64,000 bases of DNA from an uncultured Acidobacteriota bacterium (GTDB taxonomy: Bacteria; Acidobacteriota; UBA6911), in the NCBI GenBank assembly GCA_963809485.1, contig CAWEJX010000009.1:1-64000 (forward strand), read 5' to 3'. The notes below the pieces were generated by a model. The model was not told the DNA's origin. It ran no database searches and saw only the letters and a list, made by a program, of their open reading frames with translations. Shown one piece after another: positions 10,315 through 19,903 of the stretch; position 1 is the first letter of the stretch, and each line of letters begins with the position of its first letter. Both the position numbers and the translations under genes were made by a program.

Positions 10315-12042
10315 ATGAAAGCTGCCGAATTTGTATTGGAGATATTGGAGCCTCACGGCCAGCTTGCGTTTCCCGAAAGACAGGGATTATGTGCGTCGCG
10401 CCTCGGCGATTTGAATGGGAAAAAAATTGCCATTCTGGCGATGGGCCCGGATTCACTGGCGTTTTTCGACACAATAAAGTCCATGCTGAGGAATAAGTAT
10501 CCTGCAGTTGAGTTTGTTCATTTCAGTTACGGAATCCCGAACGCGCCTGACATTTCTGCCCAAATAGCAGAGGAGTGCGACGGGTGGATTGACGGAGTTA
10601 AGGCGGCGGAGACCGGCTCCAGACATGATACCGGCGCCAGACTGGAAAAACGGGGCTGCCCCGGTGTGGCAATCGTGTCCGACGCAATAATAAATGCGAA
10701 AAGGCTGCTGGTAGATAATAACGGTATGCCGACCTGCCGCGTTCTTACATTGCCGGCAGTGGATTACCTTGTCGCCAAAACCGACCCCGAATTAATGAAG
10801 CCGGTTGCAGAAGCGGCTTTTGAGGGTATCCATAATGCGCTTGTCAAGCCGCTGACAAAAGAAGAACGGGAAGTCGAAAATTTCAGCTATGACTATTCGC
10901 CCAAAAAATTCACCGGCTCCGATTATTCCGAGGCAAACGAAATTATTCAGCAGTACTGTGCCGAAAACTTCATGACCGATGGGTTGCCCGTGGTACCGCC
11001 GACGAAAGAGGCGGTGGAAAGAATGCTGGCGGGAACGGCCTATCCGCCTGATAAGGAAATAGGGCTTATGTTTCCGAAGCAGGGCAGGGCGACTGTGGAA
11101 AAAATCGCCATAAACGCAGTTATGGCAGGTGCGAAACCCGAGTATCTTCCTGTCATTATTGCCATGATAGAGACTATTACGGCCAAAAACTTCAACCAGT
11201 ATCATATTGTGAACGAGATTCTGCCCATAACCTTTATCAGCGGGCCGATTGTTGAGGAAATCGGGCTTAATAACGAAGGAGGCTATCTGGCTCCGGGCCA
11301 CAGAGCAAACGCCACTATCGGACGGGCAATGCTTATGTGCATGATTAATATAGGATGGCGCCGCATGGATGTTTATTCGTCGCCTGGAGGCCCCGGTCAG
11401 CCTGCCGCATATGCAAATTATGTGATACCGGAAAATCAGAAAGCCAGCCCATGGGAACCCTACGCTGTTTCAAACGGGTTCAAACCCGAAGAAAGCACCG
11501 TAACCATATGCGAAGGCATTTTTATTGCACGCGGGCCGTCCGAGACCCTGAGCATGGCCGGTTATAAAGAGAAACTGAGGCAGTTGAGCGGAATGTTCTC
11601 CCATTCGGCAGGAGTATTCGGATTTTTTGGAATGCCGCAAAACGGCAGCGACATGCGGCATATGGTTGTGATTCATCCGACATTTGCACGGCAATTGGCA
11701 AATGCCGGTTTTACCAGAGAGTCTTTTATTAAATGGCTGCATGACCAAAATTCGATCAGCTGGGAAAAGATGAGCGAGGATGAGCGCAAAGATTTTGGAG
11801 AAATGGTGGCTGAGGGTGGAGTTAAAGGAATAAGGACTGAGGACTGCAAACCGGGGCTTTACAGGGAGCCTTTTGCCGACCCGAAGGATGTGGCTGTTAT
11901 TGTAGCCGGTACAGGTGCGGGCGGAGTGATTGTTTTTCAGACTCCTTGCGGCTCAACCGCCCATGTTGAGGATGTTGAAGTGACAAGGCCATACATGCAC
12001 AAAGTAATACACGGCGCTACGCTGACCCAATATGGACGATAA
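10315..12042 (+). CDS. UGSC-family-like fusion protein; paralog 2, no U/CxxC
   Basis: AAGGAGG RBS. Same motifs (RLGDLNGKKI, LEKRGCPGV, TDGLPVVPPT, KIAINAVMAGAKPEYLPVI). Shares the C-terminal IHGATLTxxGR with paralog 1. Confidence 0.8.
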   Translation: MKAAEFVLEILEPHGQLAFPERQGLCASRLGDLNGKKIAILAMGPDSLAFFDTIKSMLRNKYPAVEFVHFSYGIPNAPDISAQIAEECDGWIDGVKAAETGSRHDTGARLEKRGCPGVAIVSDAIINAKRLLVDNNGMPTCRVLTLPAVDYLVAKTDPELMKPVAEAAFEGIHNALVKPLTKEEREVENFSYDYSPKKFTGSDYSEANEIIQQYCAENFMTDGLPVVPPTKEAVERMLAGTAYPPDKEIGLMFPKQGRATVEKIAINAVMAGAKPEYLPVIIAMIETITAKNFNQYHIVNEILPITFISGPIVEEIGLNNEGGYLAPGHRANATIGRAMLMCMINIGWRRMDVYSSPGGPGQPAAYANYVIPENQKASPWEPYAVSNGFKPEESTVTICEGIFIARGPSETLSMAGYKEKLRQLSGMFSHSAGVFGFFGMPQNGSDMRHMVVIHPTFARQLANAGFTRESFIKWLHDQNSISWEKMSEDERKDFGEMVAEGGVKGIRTEDCKPGLYREPFADPKDVAVIVAGTGAGGVIVFQTPCGSTAHVEDVEVTRPYMHKVIHGATLTQYGR

Positions 12043-12287
12043 TGCGAAGATGCCAAAGGGGGACGATGTAAAGATATTGGGTTATTCAAACTCGAACCCT
12101 AAAACATAAGCAAGCGACAGGTAATCTGCATCCTATGCCTGGCGCGATAGGATTTTGAGAAAAAAACTGCGCGGATATTTCGACATAATGCGCAAGATTG
12201 ACAAGTCGCCCCCCTGATTCGTTGACAAAGTCCTTGTCGAAGATCCCGGACTTTGAGAGGATCTCCATCATAACCCTTCTAGAAGGA

Positions 12288-12947
12288 TTAGATTTTGTTT
12301 TCAGTCAACGGAAACAAGCGCTCGGACCTTGGCTTCCCACATCCGGCGCATTCGGCGTCATACCAGCTCATAGGTAAACCGCACTGGGGACAACGCCATC
12401 GCTCTTCTTCGTATTTAGCCCATTCCTGAACGCCCATCCCACGAATTTTTTCGAGGTTTGGCAGGTATTCTTTACGGTGCAGATAGCCGCCCATATTCAT
12501 TAAATTCGTAATACGATAGCAGGGCAACTCTTCACAGTCAGAACAACGGGAATCATCCTGTTTGTTCGCTGCGCATTTCCTTATAGCGCAGTTTTGGCAA
12601 TGGGCAGCAAGCATGCCGCCGCTGATACAGCCGTCGCAAACAAGGCCATCCATCCAACTCGATTCCGGAATCCCCTTCTGTGCCTTCGTCGGTCCGGATG
12701 AAAATCCCTTTTGCAGTTTCATTTTTATTTGCTTATCTTCGCTGTGTTTGGCGATGTAAGCCGGGCAGGCTCCGCAATATGTTCCGCATGCGGCTGCCAG
12801 ATATACCTTGCCTTTGCCGTCTTGCTCTGAATTCTCTACTGAGGCTGCCAAACAATCCAATGAAAAACATGCATAACAAAACGCTGCACCGGCTGCCCCT
12901 TTAGCAAACTTTCTTCGAGTTATTTTCTCGTTATTATCGAAATCCAT
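12288..12947 (-). CDS. Tat-exported Cys-rich DUF3795-like (putative Fe-S/metal-binding) protein
   Basis: TRRKF twin-arginine signal. Cys motifs CGTYCGACPAY, CDGC, CAIRKC, CSDCEELPC, CPQC...CAGC. Confidence 0.8.
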   Translation of the reverse strand: MDFDNNEKITRRKFAKGAAGAAFCYACFSLDCLAASVENSEQDGKGKVYLAAACGTYCGACPAYIAKHSEDKQIKMKLQKGFSSGPTKAQKGIPESSWMDGLVCDGCISGGMLAAHCQNCAIRKCAANKQDDSRCSDCEELPCYRITNLMNMGGYLHRKEYLPNLEKIRGMGVQEWAKYEEERWRCPQCGLPMSWYDAECAGCGKPRSERLFPLTENKI

Positions 12948-13093
12948 ATTGGTTCTCGCTCCTTCAAGAATATTTATCTTAACGCTCTTTTATGATGGCG
13001 CCCCCATAATTTTTTTCCAGATCAGGTTCTTCATCTGAGGCTGAAAAACAGGCTCCTGCCACAAGCTCTTCAAAACGATGTCGAAACCGAGGA

Positions 13094-13490
13094 GTCAGGC
13101 ACCTCCGGCAAAGCCGGAGGCTTGAAAGATTGGAACCGCTCAAAGCGGTTGGAGGAGTTACGCTGGTCTTGAACGCTGACTTACGCGGGCAAAAGCCGAT
13201 GAGGCGCTTCCGATCCCCGCAGGGACCAGCGCTCCGCGCTGCACAGTTTTCTGCGGCGGCACTGTGGCAAACGCCCGGTTTCTCATAACCTCCATCTCCT
13301 TGCCGCACGGCGCTTGCCACAGTGCCGCCGCAGAAAACTCCATCGGAAGCGCCTCATCGGCTTTTGCTCGCCGACCCTCGCCGAACAAATCGGCGTTTGT
13401 CAGCGCTTTTATCAGCGTTTCTCAGCGTTTCAAAATACGAAGCTGTCAAACTCTTTGAGTCCCCCGGCAGAGCCGGGATTTACCAATAGA
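13094..13490 (-). mobile_element. Non-autonomous IS200/IS605-type element (MITE/PATE-like), copy A, 397 bp
   Basis: Left-end hairpin TAAA-TCCCGGC-TCT-GCCGGGGG. Right-end hairpin CAAG-CCTCCGGC-TTT-GCCGGAGG ending in TGAC. Preceded by TAAT. Near-identical to 24065-24461 and 38243-38640. No transposase and no TSD. Confidence 0.8.
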
Positions 13491-14153
13491 ATTATGGCTA
13501 TGGGAAGCCTTTCGTCGAAATAAGGAATTGGATGCTGGTCCTTGGCTATCCGGCTGTTTCACCGAACCCCAAGGAATTGCGAAGCCTTACGGACATGATT
13601 CACTATGACAACTGCGGTTCCAACGATTTCCGAACCGATGAGCAGGTCCTCGCCGATGCCCAAAAAACATGGGAGTGGTGCATGGCCGAACACTAATCCG
13701 CCGCGTCCGCGAACGCACAGGAGGGCACCCTGCGCAACTGCGATGCAAAACTGCGGAGGGTTCGTGCCATATGCAATAGCGAGGATTGCGACGCTCAAAG
13801 GCCGGTGAGCATATCCCCGTCCTGCAGAGCCGAGGTGTGGCCGCACATCGAGACCGGCCGCTGTTAAGACCTCGCACCAGGCGGGCACTTAGATGACCAA
13901 TCTTTCATAGAAGCCCCGGCCATAATCAACCGCGGCCCAGATTGAGTTGTGGATTCGAAGAAGCTTGTTTGCTTTCTGGAATTTCCACATTTGGTTTTAC
14001 TACAGCCAAAATGGGCGAGCATGATATCTTTTAGGTTCGCATGCACGTTATCGGATCCGAGCATGGCGGGGTTGGATGAAGCCAAAAATCGTGGCAGGAT
14101 TTCTCCGGAACTCCTTTCAACAAATTGGCAATCCTTAAAAGCGGAGGTGTGAT

Positions 14154-15813
14154 TTGAAAAGAAAGATATGGCCCGTCTCATTGGTTGTGCTTCTCATCGC
14201 TGTAATTTCGACAGCATATTCTGCCGAAAAATTCAGGGTATTGAATCCGACCCCCCCGAATCGAATGGTCGATCGCGTACCCCTTGCACCGCGGCTCGAT
14301 TCGCTGGAAGGAAAAACAATATTCCTGGTGGATATCGGCTGGGGAGGTGAGAATGCGGCTCCCAGCATTTATGAGGAAATGAAGGCATGGTTTGCCCAGA
14401 ATATGCCGAGTGTCAAAATTGAGGTCAGAAAGATCAAAGGCTTCTACATGCAGGATCAGCCGGAACTCCTGAAAGAAATCTCCGAAAGGGGCAACGCGGC
14501 TATGTTTGGGATAGCCGGTTGAGACAGCTGCACATCGGCCGTGAGCCGAAACTGCAAACAGCTGGAACAGCAATACAGGATTCCCACCGTTGGGGGCGCG
14601 GCATCCAATATCATCAAATATGCCCAGGGGCACGATTTCCAGTATACCAACGGATCGCCCATTCGATACATTTCCTTTCCCTTCCCGGTAGCCGGACAGC
14701 CTCAATCAGTGCACCATAGATATATTTTTGAGAGCAAGGACGTTGTAAGCGGAAAGCCGATGATGCAGGCGTTCGTCGACGCCCTGACCGTTCCCCTGAC
14801 CGACCAGGAGAAATACAAAGGCCCGGCGCCTGAACCAGTCGCGGCGGAATCCCGCTTCCTCGGGCCGGACACTGAGGAGAACCTGCAGCGCCTTTTCAAG
14901 GACCAGGACTGGACAGATTACCTTCCCATTATCCTTCCGACCGAAGAACGCGTGGCAGACATGCTGAAAGGCACCTCGCATAAACCGGACGAAGTCATCA
15001 AGACCCTGGACTGGCCCGGCGGCAAGCGGGAAGTTACGGTAGAAAGAGTGGCGACCTGCGCTGTTATGGCCGGCGCCAAACCGGAACATCTTCCTGTGAT
15101 TCTGGCCCTGGCCAACCACATACCCTTTGGAAACTCCACATCCTCCATGGCCAACATGATCCTGGTCAACGGACCCATACGCGACGAAATAGGGATGAAT
15201 TACGGTCACAACGTAATGGGACCGCATAATCTGGCCAATTCGGTTATCGGCCGCAGTTACACGATTATGTCGAAAACCATCGGCGGTCTGCACAGCAAAA
15301 AAACCACCTGGAGCAGCCTGGGAAGCACCCTGCAATACAACAATGTCTGCATTGCGGAAAACGAGGAGGCATTGCCTGAGGGATGGAAACCTTTTCATGT
15401 CCAGGCGGGATTCAAACCTAATGACAGTGTTTTAACTGTGGCAACCGGATGGTCCTATATTTCCAGCGTAACGGAAGCTAAGACGGGAATACCCGGTAAA
15501 TATGTGGATGGGCGAGTATATGAAGGCACTTACAATGGGATCGGCCACAGTCATTATGGATCCGAGCGTCGCCAGACTTCTAAAGGACACCTATGGTTTT
15601 CAGACCAAAGACCAACTGAGCAAATGGTTTTCGGAAAATGTTGAAAAAACTCAGTACCCTTCAGGACAAAAGGTAAAACCCTTCCAGGAAACCTCAGTAA
15701 ATATAATTGTTACAGGCGGCGGGGGCCAGACAACATGGTTTGTGACGGATTTCATGCTGAGTCGGAATATGGTTCTGTCGGGAGGGAGTACACGCATTGA
15801 CGACTGGCGCTAG
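14154..15813 (+). CDS. Signal-peptide-bearing UGSC-family selenoprotein (U-D-S-C); Sec at TGA 14520-14522; one frameshift near 15480
   Basis: GGAGG RBS and TTG start, Sec-type signal MKRKIWPVSLVVLLIAVISTAYSA. Reads GIAG-TGA-DSCTSAV in frame into the 14541 ORF. SECIS-like hairpin follows. Removing one A near 15480 joins the 15502-15813 ORF. Confidence 0.82.
14523..14564 (+). promoter_or_regulatory. Putative bacterial SECIS element
   Basis: Stem TCGGC/GCCGA (14535-14549) with loop CGTGA, 17 nt after the TGA. A lower stem is possible via TGCA/TGCA or CAGCTG/CAGCTG. Confidence 0.65.
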
Positions 15814-16022
15814 AAAAGGAATCCTGCGATTAACAAGGCGCTTAGCCATTAAGTACCACCCCGACAAAGCCTGAGCTTTAATTTGTAAGCTGCTCAAAGC
15901 GGCTGGCACAGTATTACCGGGGTCGCAATCTGAATCGATACGGATACAGCTATTCGTTTCCCGATTTCGACTGCGACCCCGATTCCGACGCCGATAGCCA
16001 CAGTGACTAAAGCCTTGATAAT

Positions 16023-16225
16023 TCTATTGGTAAACCCACGGCTCTGCCGGGGGACTCATAGAGTTTGACGGCTCCGTATTTTGAAACGCTGAGATACGCT
16101 GACAAAAGCGCTGACAAACACCGATTTGTTCGGCGAGGGTCGGCGAGCAAGACCAGCGTAACTCCTCCAACCGCTTTGGGCGGTTCCAATCTTTCAAGCC
16201 TCCGGCTTTGCCGGAGGTGCCTGAC
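16023..16225 (+). mobile_element. Same IS200/IS605-type element, copy B, internally deleted (203 bp)
   Basis: Same left and right ends, after TAAT (16019-16022) and ending in TGAC. Most of the cruciform cargo is missing, with a GAGCAA|GACCAGC junction. Confidence 0.8.
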
Positions 16226-16419
16226 TCTTGGATAGGATGCCGTTGAAACACATCGCTCAACAAAACGGTATTATCCTGGCATGGCAGCGAAAGCGCAGTG
16301 TCCGGTTTCTTTTTTAATGGGGATCTTCAAAAATCCGGGAGAGAATTTTCCGGGGCATCCGGCACCATGAGAGGAATCGACTGCCCCGCGATATCCCGCC
16401 GGGAAAATATAGCAGGAAG

Positions 16420-18279
16420 GTGGAATCAGCCATGGCACATGGGAATCGCGGTTGGAAGACCGCCCTAATCTGGACGGGTCGAACCCTCAAGCTCATTCAG
16501 AACGTAGTGCTCGGAGTGCTGTTCTGGGCCGTCGTCACTGCCGTGATCTTCGCCGCGTTGATAAACCGCGGCCCGCGCGTGCCCGATGGGGCGGCGCTGG
16601 TGTTGAATCCCGACGGTGCGGTGGTGGAGCAACTCGGCGGCGATCCTTTGGACCGGCTTCTGAACCAGGCGGAGTCCGAGGTTCTGATTAAGGATCTGCT
16701 CGACGCGATCCGGGAAGCCAAAAACGACCGACGCATTCAGGCGCTGGTGCTGGATCTCGACAAACTGGGCAGCGTTGGGATGAGCAAGCTCCTCGATCTG
16801 AAGTCGGCGCTCACGGACTTTAAAAAAAGCGGCAAAAAAATCATTGCAGCCGGCGATGAATTCGACGAGCAGGGATATTTTTTGGCCGCGCAGGCGGACG
16901 AGGTCTACCTGCATCCCATGGGCGCAATATTGCTCACAGGCTTTAGCCGATATGCCACGTTCTACAAGGAAGGGCTCGACAAACTCGGGCTGGAAGTTCA
17001 CATTTTCCGGGTCGGAGAATACAAGTCGGCGACGGAGCCGTTCATGAGGGACAGCATGTCCGAGGAAGCCAAACAGGCGAACCTCGCCTACCTGGAGGAC
17101 CTATGGGGGATCTGGCTCAAGGAAGCTGCCGAGGGACGCAAACTGAAGGTCGGGGAATTGCGGGACTATATCGATCGCTTCAAGGACCGCCTGGCCGAAA
17201 ACCAGGGATGGGCCGCACAGATGGCTGTAAAAGCCAAACTGGTGGATAAGCTGGCCAACCGAGACGAAATCCGCGAACGGCTGATCCGACTGGTTGGAAA
17301 AGATGAAAAAACCCACGACTTCCGCCAAATCAGGTTCGCGGACTACCTGAAAGCAATCGGCGGTGATCGGTACGGGAAAAAGGCCAAAGGGAACCTGGTC
17401 GGCGTGGTGGTGGCCCGGGGAGAAATCTTTGATGGAACTCAGCCTCCGGGAACAATCGGCGGCGACTCCACTGCCGCCCTGATCCGCAAAGCGCGCATGG
17501 ACGACAGCATCAAAGCCGTAGTGCTGCGGGTGGACTCCCCCGGCGGCAGCGCCTTTGCCTCCGAGGTGATACGGCGGGAATGCGCGATCACGCGCAAGGC
17601 CGGGAAGCCCGTCATAGTTTCCATGGGCAGCGTAGCTGCGTCGGGCGGATATTGGATATCCACAGCTGCCGACCAGATCTGGGCCAGCCCCGCCACCATC
17701 ACGGGTTCCATCGGTATTTACGGATTGTTTCCCACATACGATAGGCCTCTAGCCAAATACCTTGGCATGCATGTGGACGGAGTCGGCACCACTCCGCTGG
17801 CCGGAGCCCTGCGCATGGATCGGCCCTTTGATCCAAGGGTGGGCGAGATCTATCAGCAAATTATCAATCGAGGCTATGAAGATTTTCTCTATCGGGTGTC
17901 GGAAGCCCGAAAGATGGATCGGGACGCGGTGGACAAAATTGCCCGGGGGCGCGTCTGGAGCGGCGAGGACGCTCTCGGGATAGGCCTGATCGACAAGCTC
18001 GGAGGCCTGCCCGATGCTATAGCGGCGGCGGCCGCTTTCTCCAAGCTCGGGGCAGGTTATGGCGTACAGTACCTCGAACCGAAAATGACGTGGAAGGAAA
18101 AGCTCATGGCGGACCTGTGGGCCCGTGCACTGCAGTTCCGGGGATCCGACAGTTCCCTGATCGCCGACACCATGGGATTCATGCCCCCCGCCCGGATTTT
18201 GGCAAAGCAGGTGTCCCTCTTCGCGCGCTTCAATGATCCTAAAGGAGTCTATGCGTATTGCCCCTTCGCCGTTGAATGA
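16420..18279 (+). CDS. sppA: Signal peptide peptidase SppA, 67-kDa type (protease IV)
   Basis: N-terminal TM, VGEYKSATEPF, VLRVDSPGGSA, SMGSVAASGGYWI, TGSIGI, GRVWSG. Confidence 0.95.
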   Translation: MESAMAHGNRGWKTALIWTGRTLKLIQNVVLGVLFWAVVTAVIFAALINRGPRVPDGAALVLNPDGAVVEQLGGDPLDRLLNQAESEVLIKDLLDAIREAKNDRRIQALVLDLDKLGSVGMSKLLDLKSALTDFKKSGKKIIAAGDEFDEQGYFLAAQADEVYLHPMGAILLTGFSRYATFYKEGLDKLGLEVHIFRVGEYKSATEPFMRDSMSEEAKQANLAYLEDLWGIWLKEAAEGRKLKVGELRDYIDRFKDRLAENQGWAAQMAVKAKLVDKLANRDEIRERLIRLVGKDEKTHDFRQIRFADYLKAIGGDRYGKKAKGNLVGVVVARGEIFDGTQPPGTIGGDSTAALIRKARMDDSIKAVVLRVDSPGGSAFASEVIRRECAITRKAGKPVIVSMGSVAASGGYWISTAADQIWASPATITGSIGIYGLFPTYDRPLAKYLGMHVDGVGTTPLAGALRMDRPFDPRVGEIYQQIINRGYEDFLYRVSEARKMDRDAVDKIARGRVWSGEDALGIGLIDKLGGLPDAIAAAAAFSKLGAGYGVQYLEPKMTWKEKLMADLWARALQFRGSDSSLIADTMGFMPPARILAKQVSLFARFNDPKGVYAYCPFAVE

Positions 18280-18650
18280 ATATGTTGCACAGCGGCGCTG
18301 GCCCCCGATTGCAGTTGAAAGCTCTGTGGTGCAGGCATTACGTGGCAGCCGGGAAAGACCGGCCATCCAATCCCAAGGTCGTGAACTTGAGGGGTCACGA
18401 TCGGCTTCAGATAGTCGCAACTGCCCCACTTCCCGAGAAAGGGCGGCTTCGGCTCTCGGCAAGCGCCTCGTGCTTTCGTTCGAATAGGTCGCGCTGCCGT
18501 CGCTTTGATTATCTCCAGATAATCGGAGGTTGTTTACGAGTGGGAATCCTTGGGTATTTGAACTTGTTATAGCCCAGCATCATGCATCCGGTAGCCGCGT
18601 GCAATTTGCTAATACCCGAGCGATGCCGATTAGTCAATGCGCCCGAGAGG

Positions 18651-19529
18651 CTACTCTCTCCATTCAGACAGCACTTCGCCCAGGCCCAGCCCGAAGGGCA
18701 TTTTGCCCTCGATAACGCTCAATTTTGCATCAAGCACCTTAATCGGGCCCAGGAATGTCAGCGGATCATGCGGGCCGTCGAAGAACTGAACCGTCGCAGT
18801 TCCCTTTGAATCTTTCGGTCCCGCCGGGGCGACCAAAGGAGCGCTGGCTTGAGGCATATTGCTGCAGCCGACGCATACGATCTGGTTAAAAGAAAGAGAC
18901 GTTGGCGAGGCGTTGGGGACGCGTCGGACCAGGAGAGTGGGGCCCATGTTCGGCCATTTTACTTCAGGGGAGGATTTGGATACCTTGTATTCGATCTTCA
19001 TCAGAGGAACGCTCCCCTGGTCTCTCATTTTGTTAGCAATGACCATCCAGCCTGTCGCGGTCTTGGTCCAGGTTATGTCCGCCATCTTCTTGGGCCATCC
19101 ATAGATTTCCCGCCCGGCGATAAGCCCCATATCGCTGTCGATATATTCGACCAGAGTCGTGTTGCCGACTTTGTCCTTCCATTTGACAGGGGCGTTGATC
19201 GCGATCTCATGGACATTGTATCCCTGTTCTTCCACGTCCTGAGTCCAGGCCACTATCATGACAAACAAATCCTCGTCGCCGGCCTGTTCCAGAGGCTGCA
19301 TAATGGCCCGTTTGAATGCCCCCTTTGGCGCCTGGCATAAAATCTGAATAGTGTAAACGTCACAGAAATGGTGCGGCAGCGGCGGATAGACCGGTGAAAA
19401 CACCGGAGAGGGGATGAAATCCTTCTTCGCCGGTTTTGCGCCTTTTTCCTGTGCAACCCCCATCAGCACGGCGGCCGCAAAAAATGCACCTATACAAGCA
19501 ACAGCCATGAATACGGTGCTTCGCTTCAT
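18651..19529 (-). CDS. Acetoacetate decarboxylase-like family protein with N-terminal signal peptide
   Basis: GREIYGWPKK catalytic-Lys motif. Start MKRSTVFMAVACIGAFFAAAVLMGVAQ with a GGAGG-like RBS. Confidence 0.75.
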   Translation of the reverse strand: MKRSTVFMAVACIGAFFAAAVLMGVAQEKGAKPAKKDFIPSPVFSPVYPPLPHHFCDVYTIQILCQAPKGAFKRAIMQPLEQAGDEDLFVMIVAWTQDVEEQGYNVHEIAINAPVKWKDKVGNTTLVEYIDSDMGLIAGREIYGWPKKMADITWTKTATGWMVIANKMRDQGSVPLMKIEYKVSKSSPEVKWPNMGPTLLVRRVPNASPTSLSFNQIVCVGCSNMPQASAPLVAPAGPKDSKGTATVQFFDGPHDPLTFLGPIKVLDAKLSVIEGKMPFGLGLGEVLSEWRE

Positions 19530-19903
19530 CACTCCGTCCTCCGTTCCTTTCGCAGGTTCAGGCAATTGTTCCAAGGATTGCTTAAAGTTGATCATTCCCG
19601 ATGATTCTAATCCCGCCTCGGAAGCCACAGAAAAGAATCTTGCTGTTATTTCAATGGCGCCTTCCGTGTGAATGCTTTCAATCTGACTGCAGCACCATAT
19701 TACGGTAGTATGCCGGTGCTGAATATGGCTTTGGGACACAGGGCTGCCTGATATCCAAAACAAAGGCCCGGAAGACCGAAAATATAACGCCCCTATTGAG
19801 TGGCATGGAGGGCTTCGTGGCTTGCCTGCAAAGCCTCGAATTTCCTGCTTGCTCCACAGCAGCTTCACATATAAACTGGTGCGCTTTCACAGGAGGGTAC
19901 AAG

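Noticed and set aside
12979-13523. ORF-track proteins such as MASAVRQGDGGYEK... and MANARFLITS... repeated at 13k, 24k and 38k
   Set aside because: They are translations of the palindromic repeat element and have variable ends that depend on flanking DNA.
13500-14140. Short ORFs between element copy A and the UGSC selenoprotein
   Set aside because: No recognisable motifs, RBS or consistent coding signal; possibly decayed sequence.
15470-15510. Second recoding event in the UGSC selenoprotein gene
   Set aside because: A single extra A explains it and no stimulatory signal is evident. Treated as a probable sequencing error.
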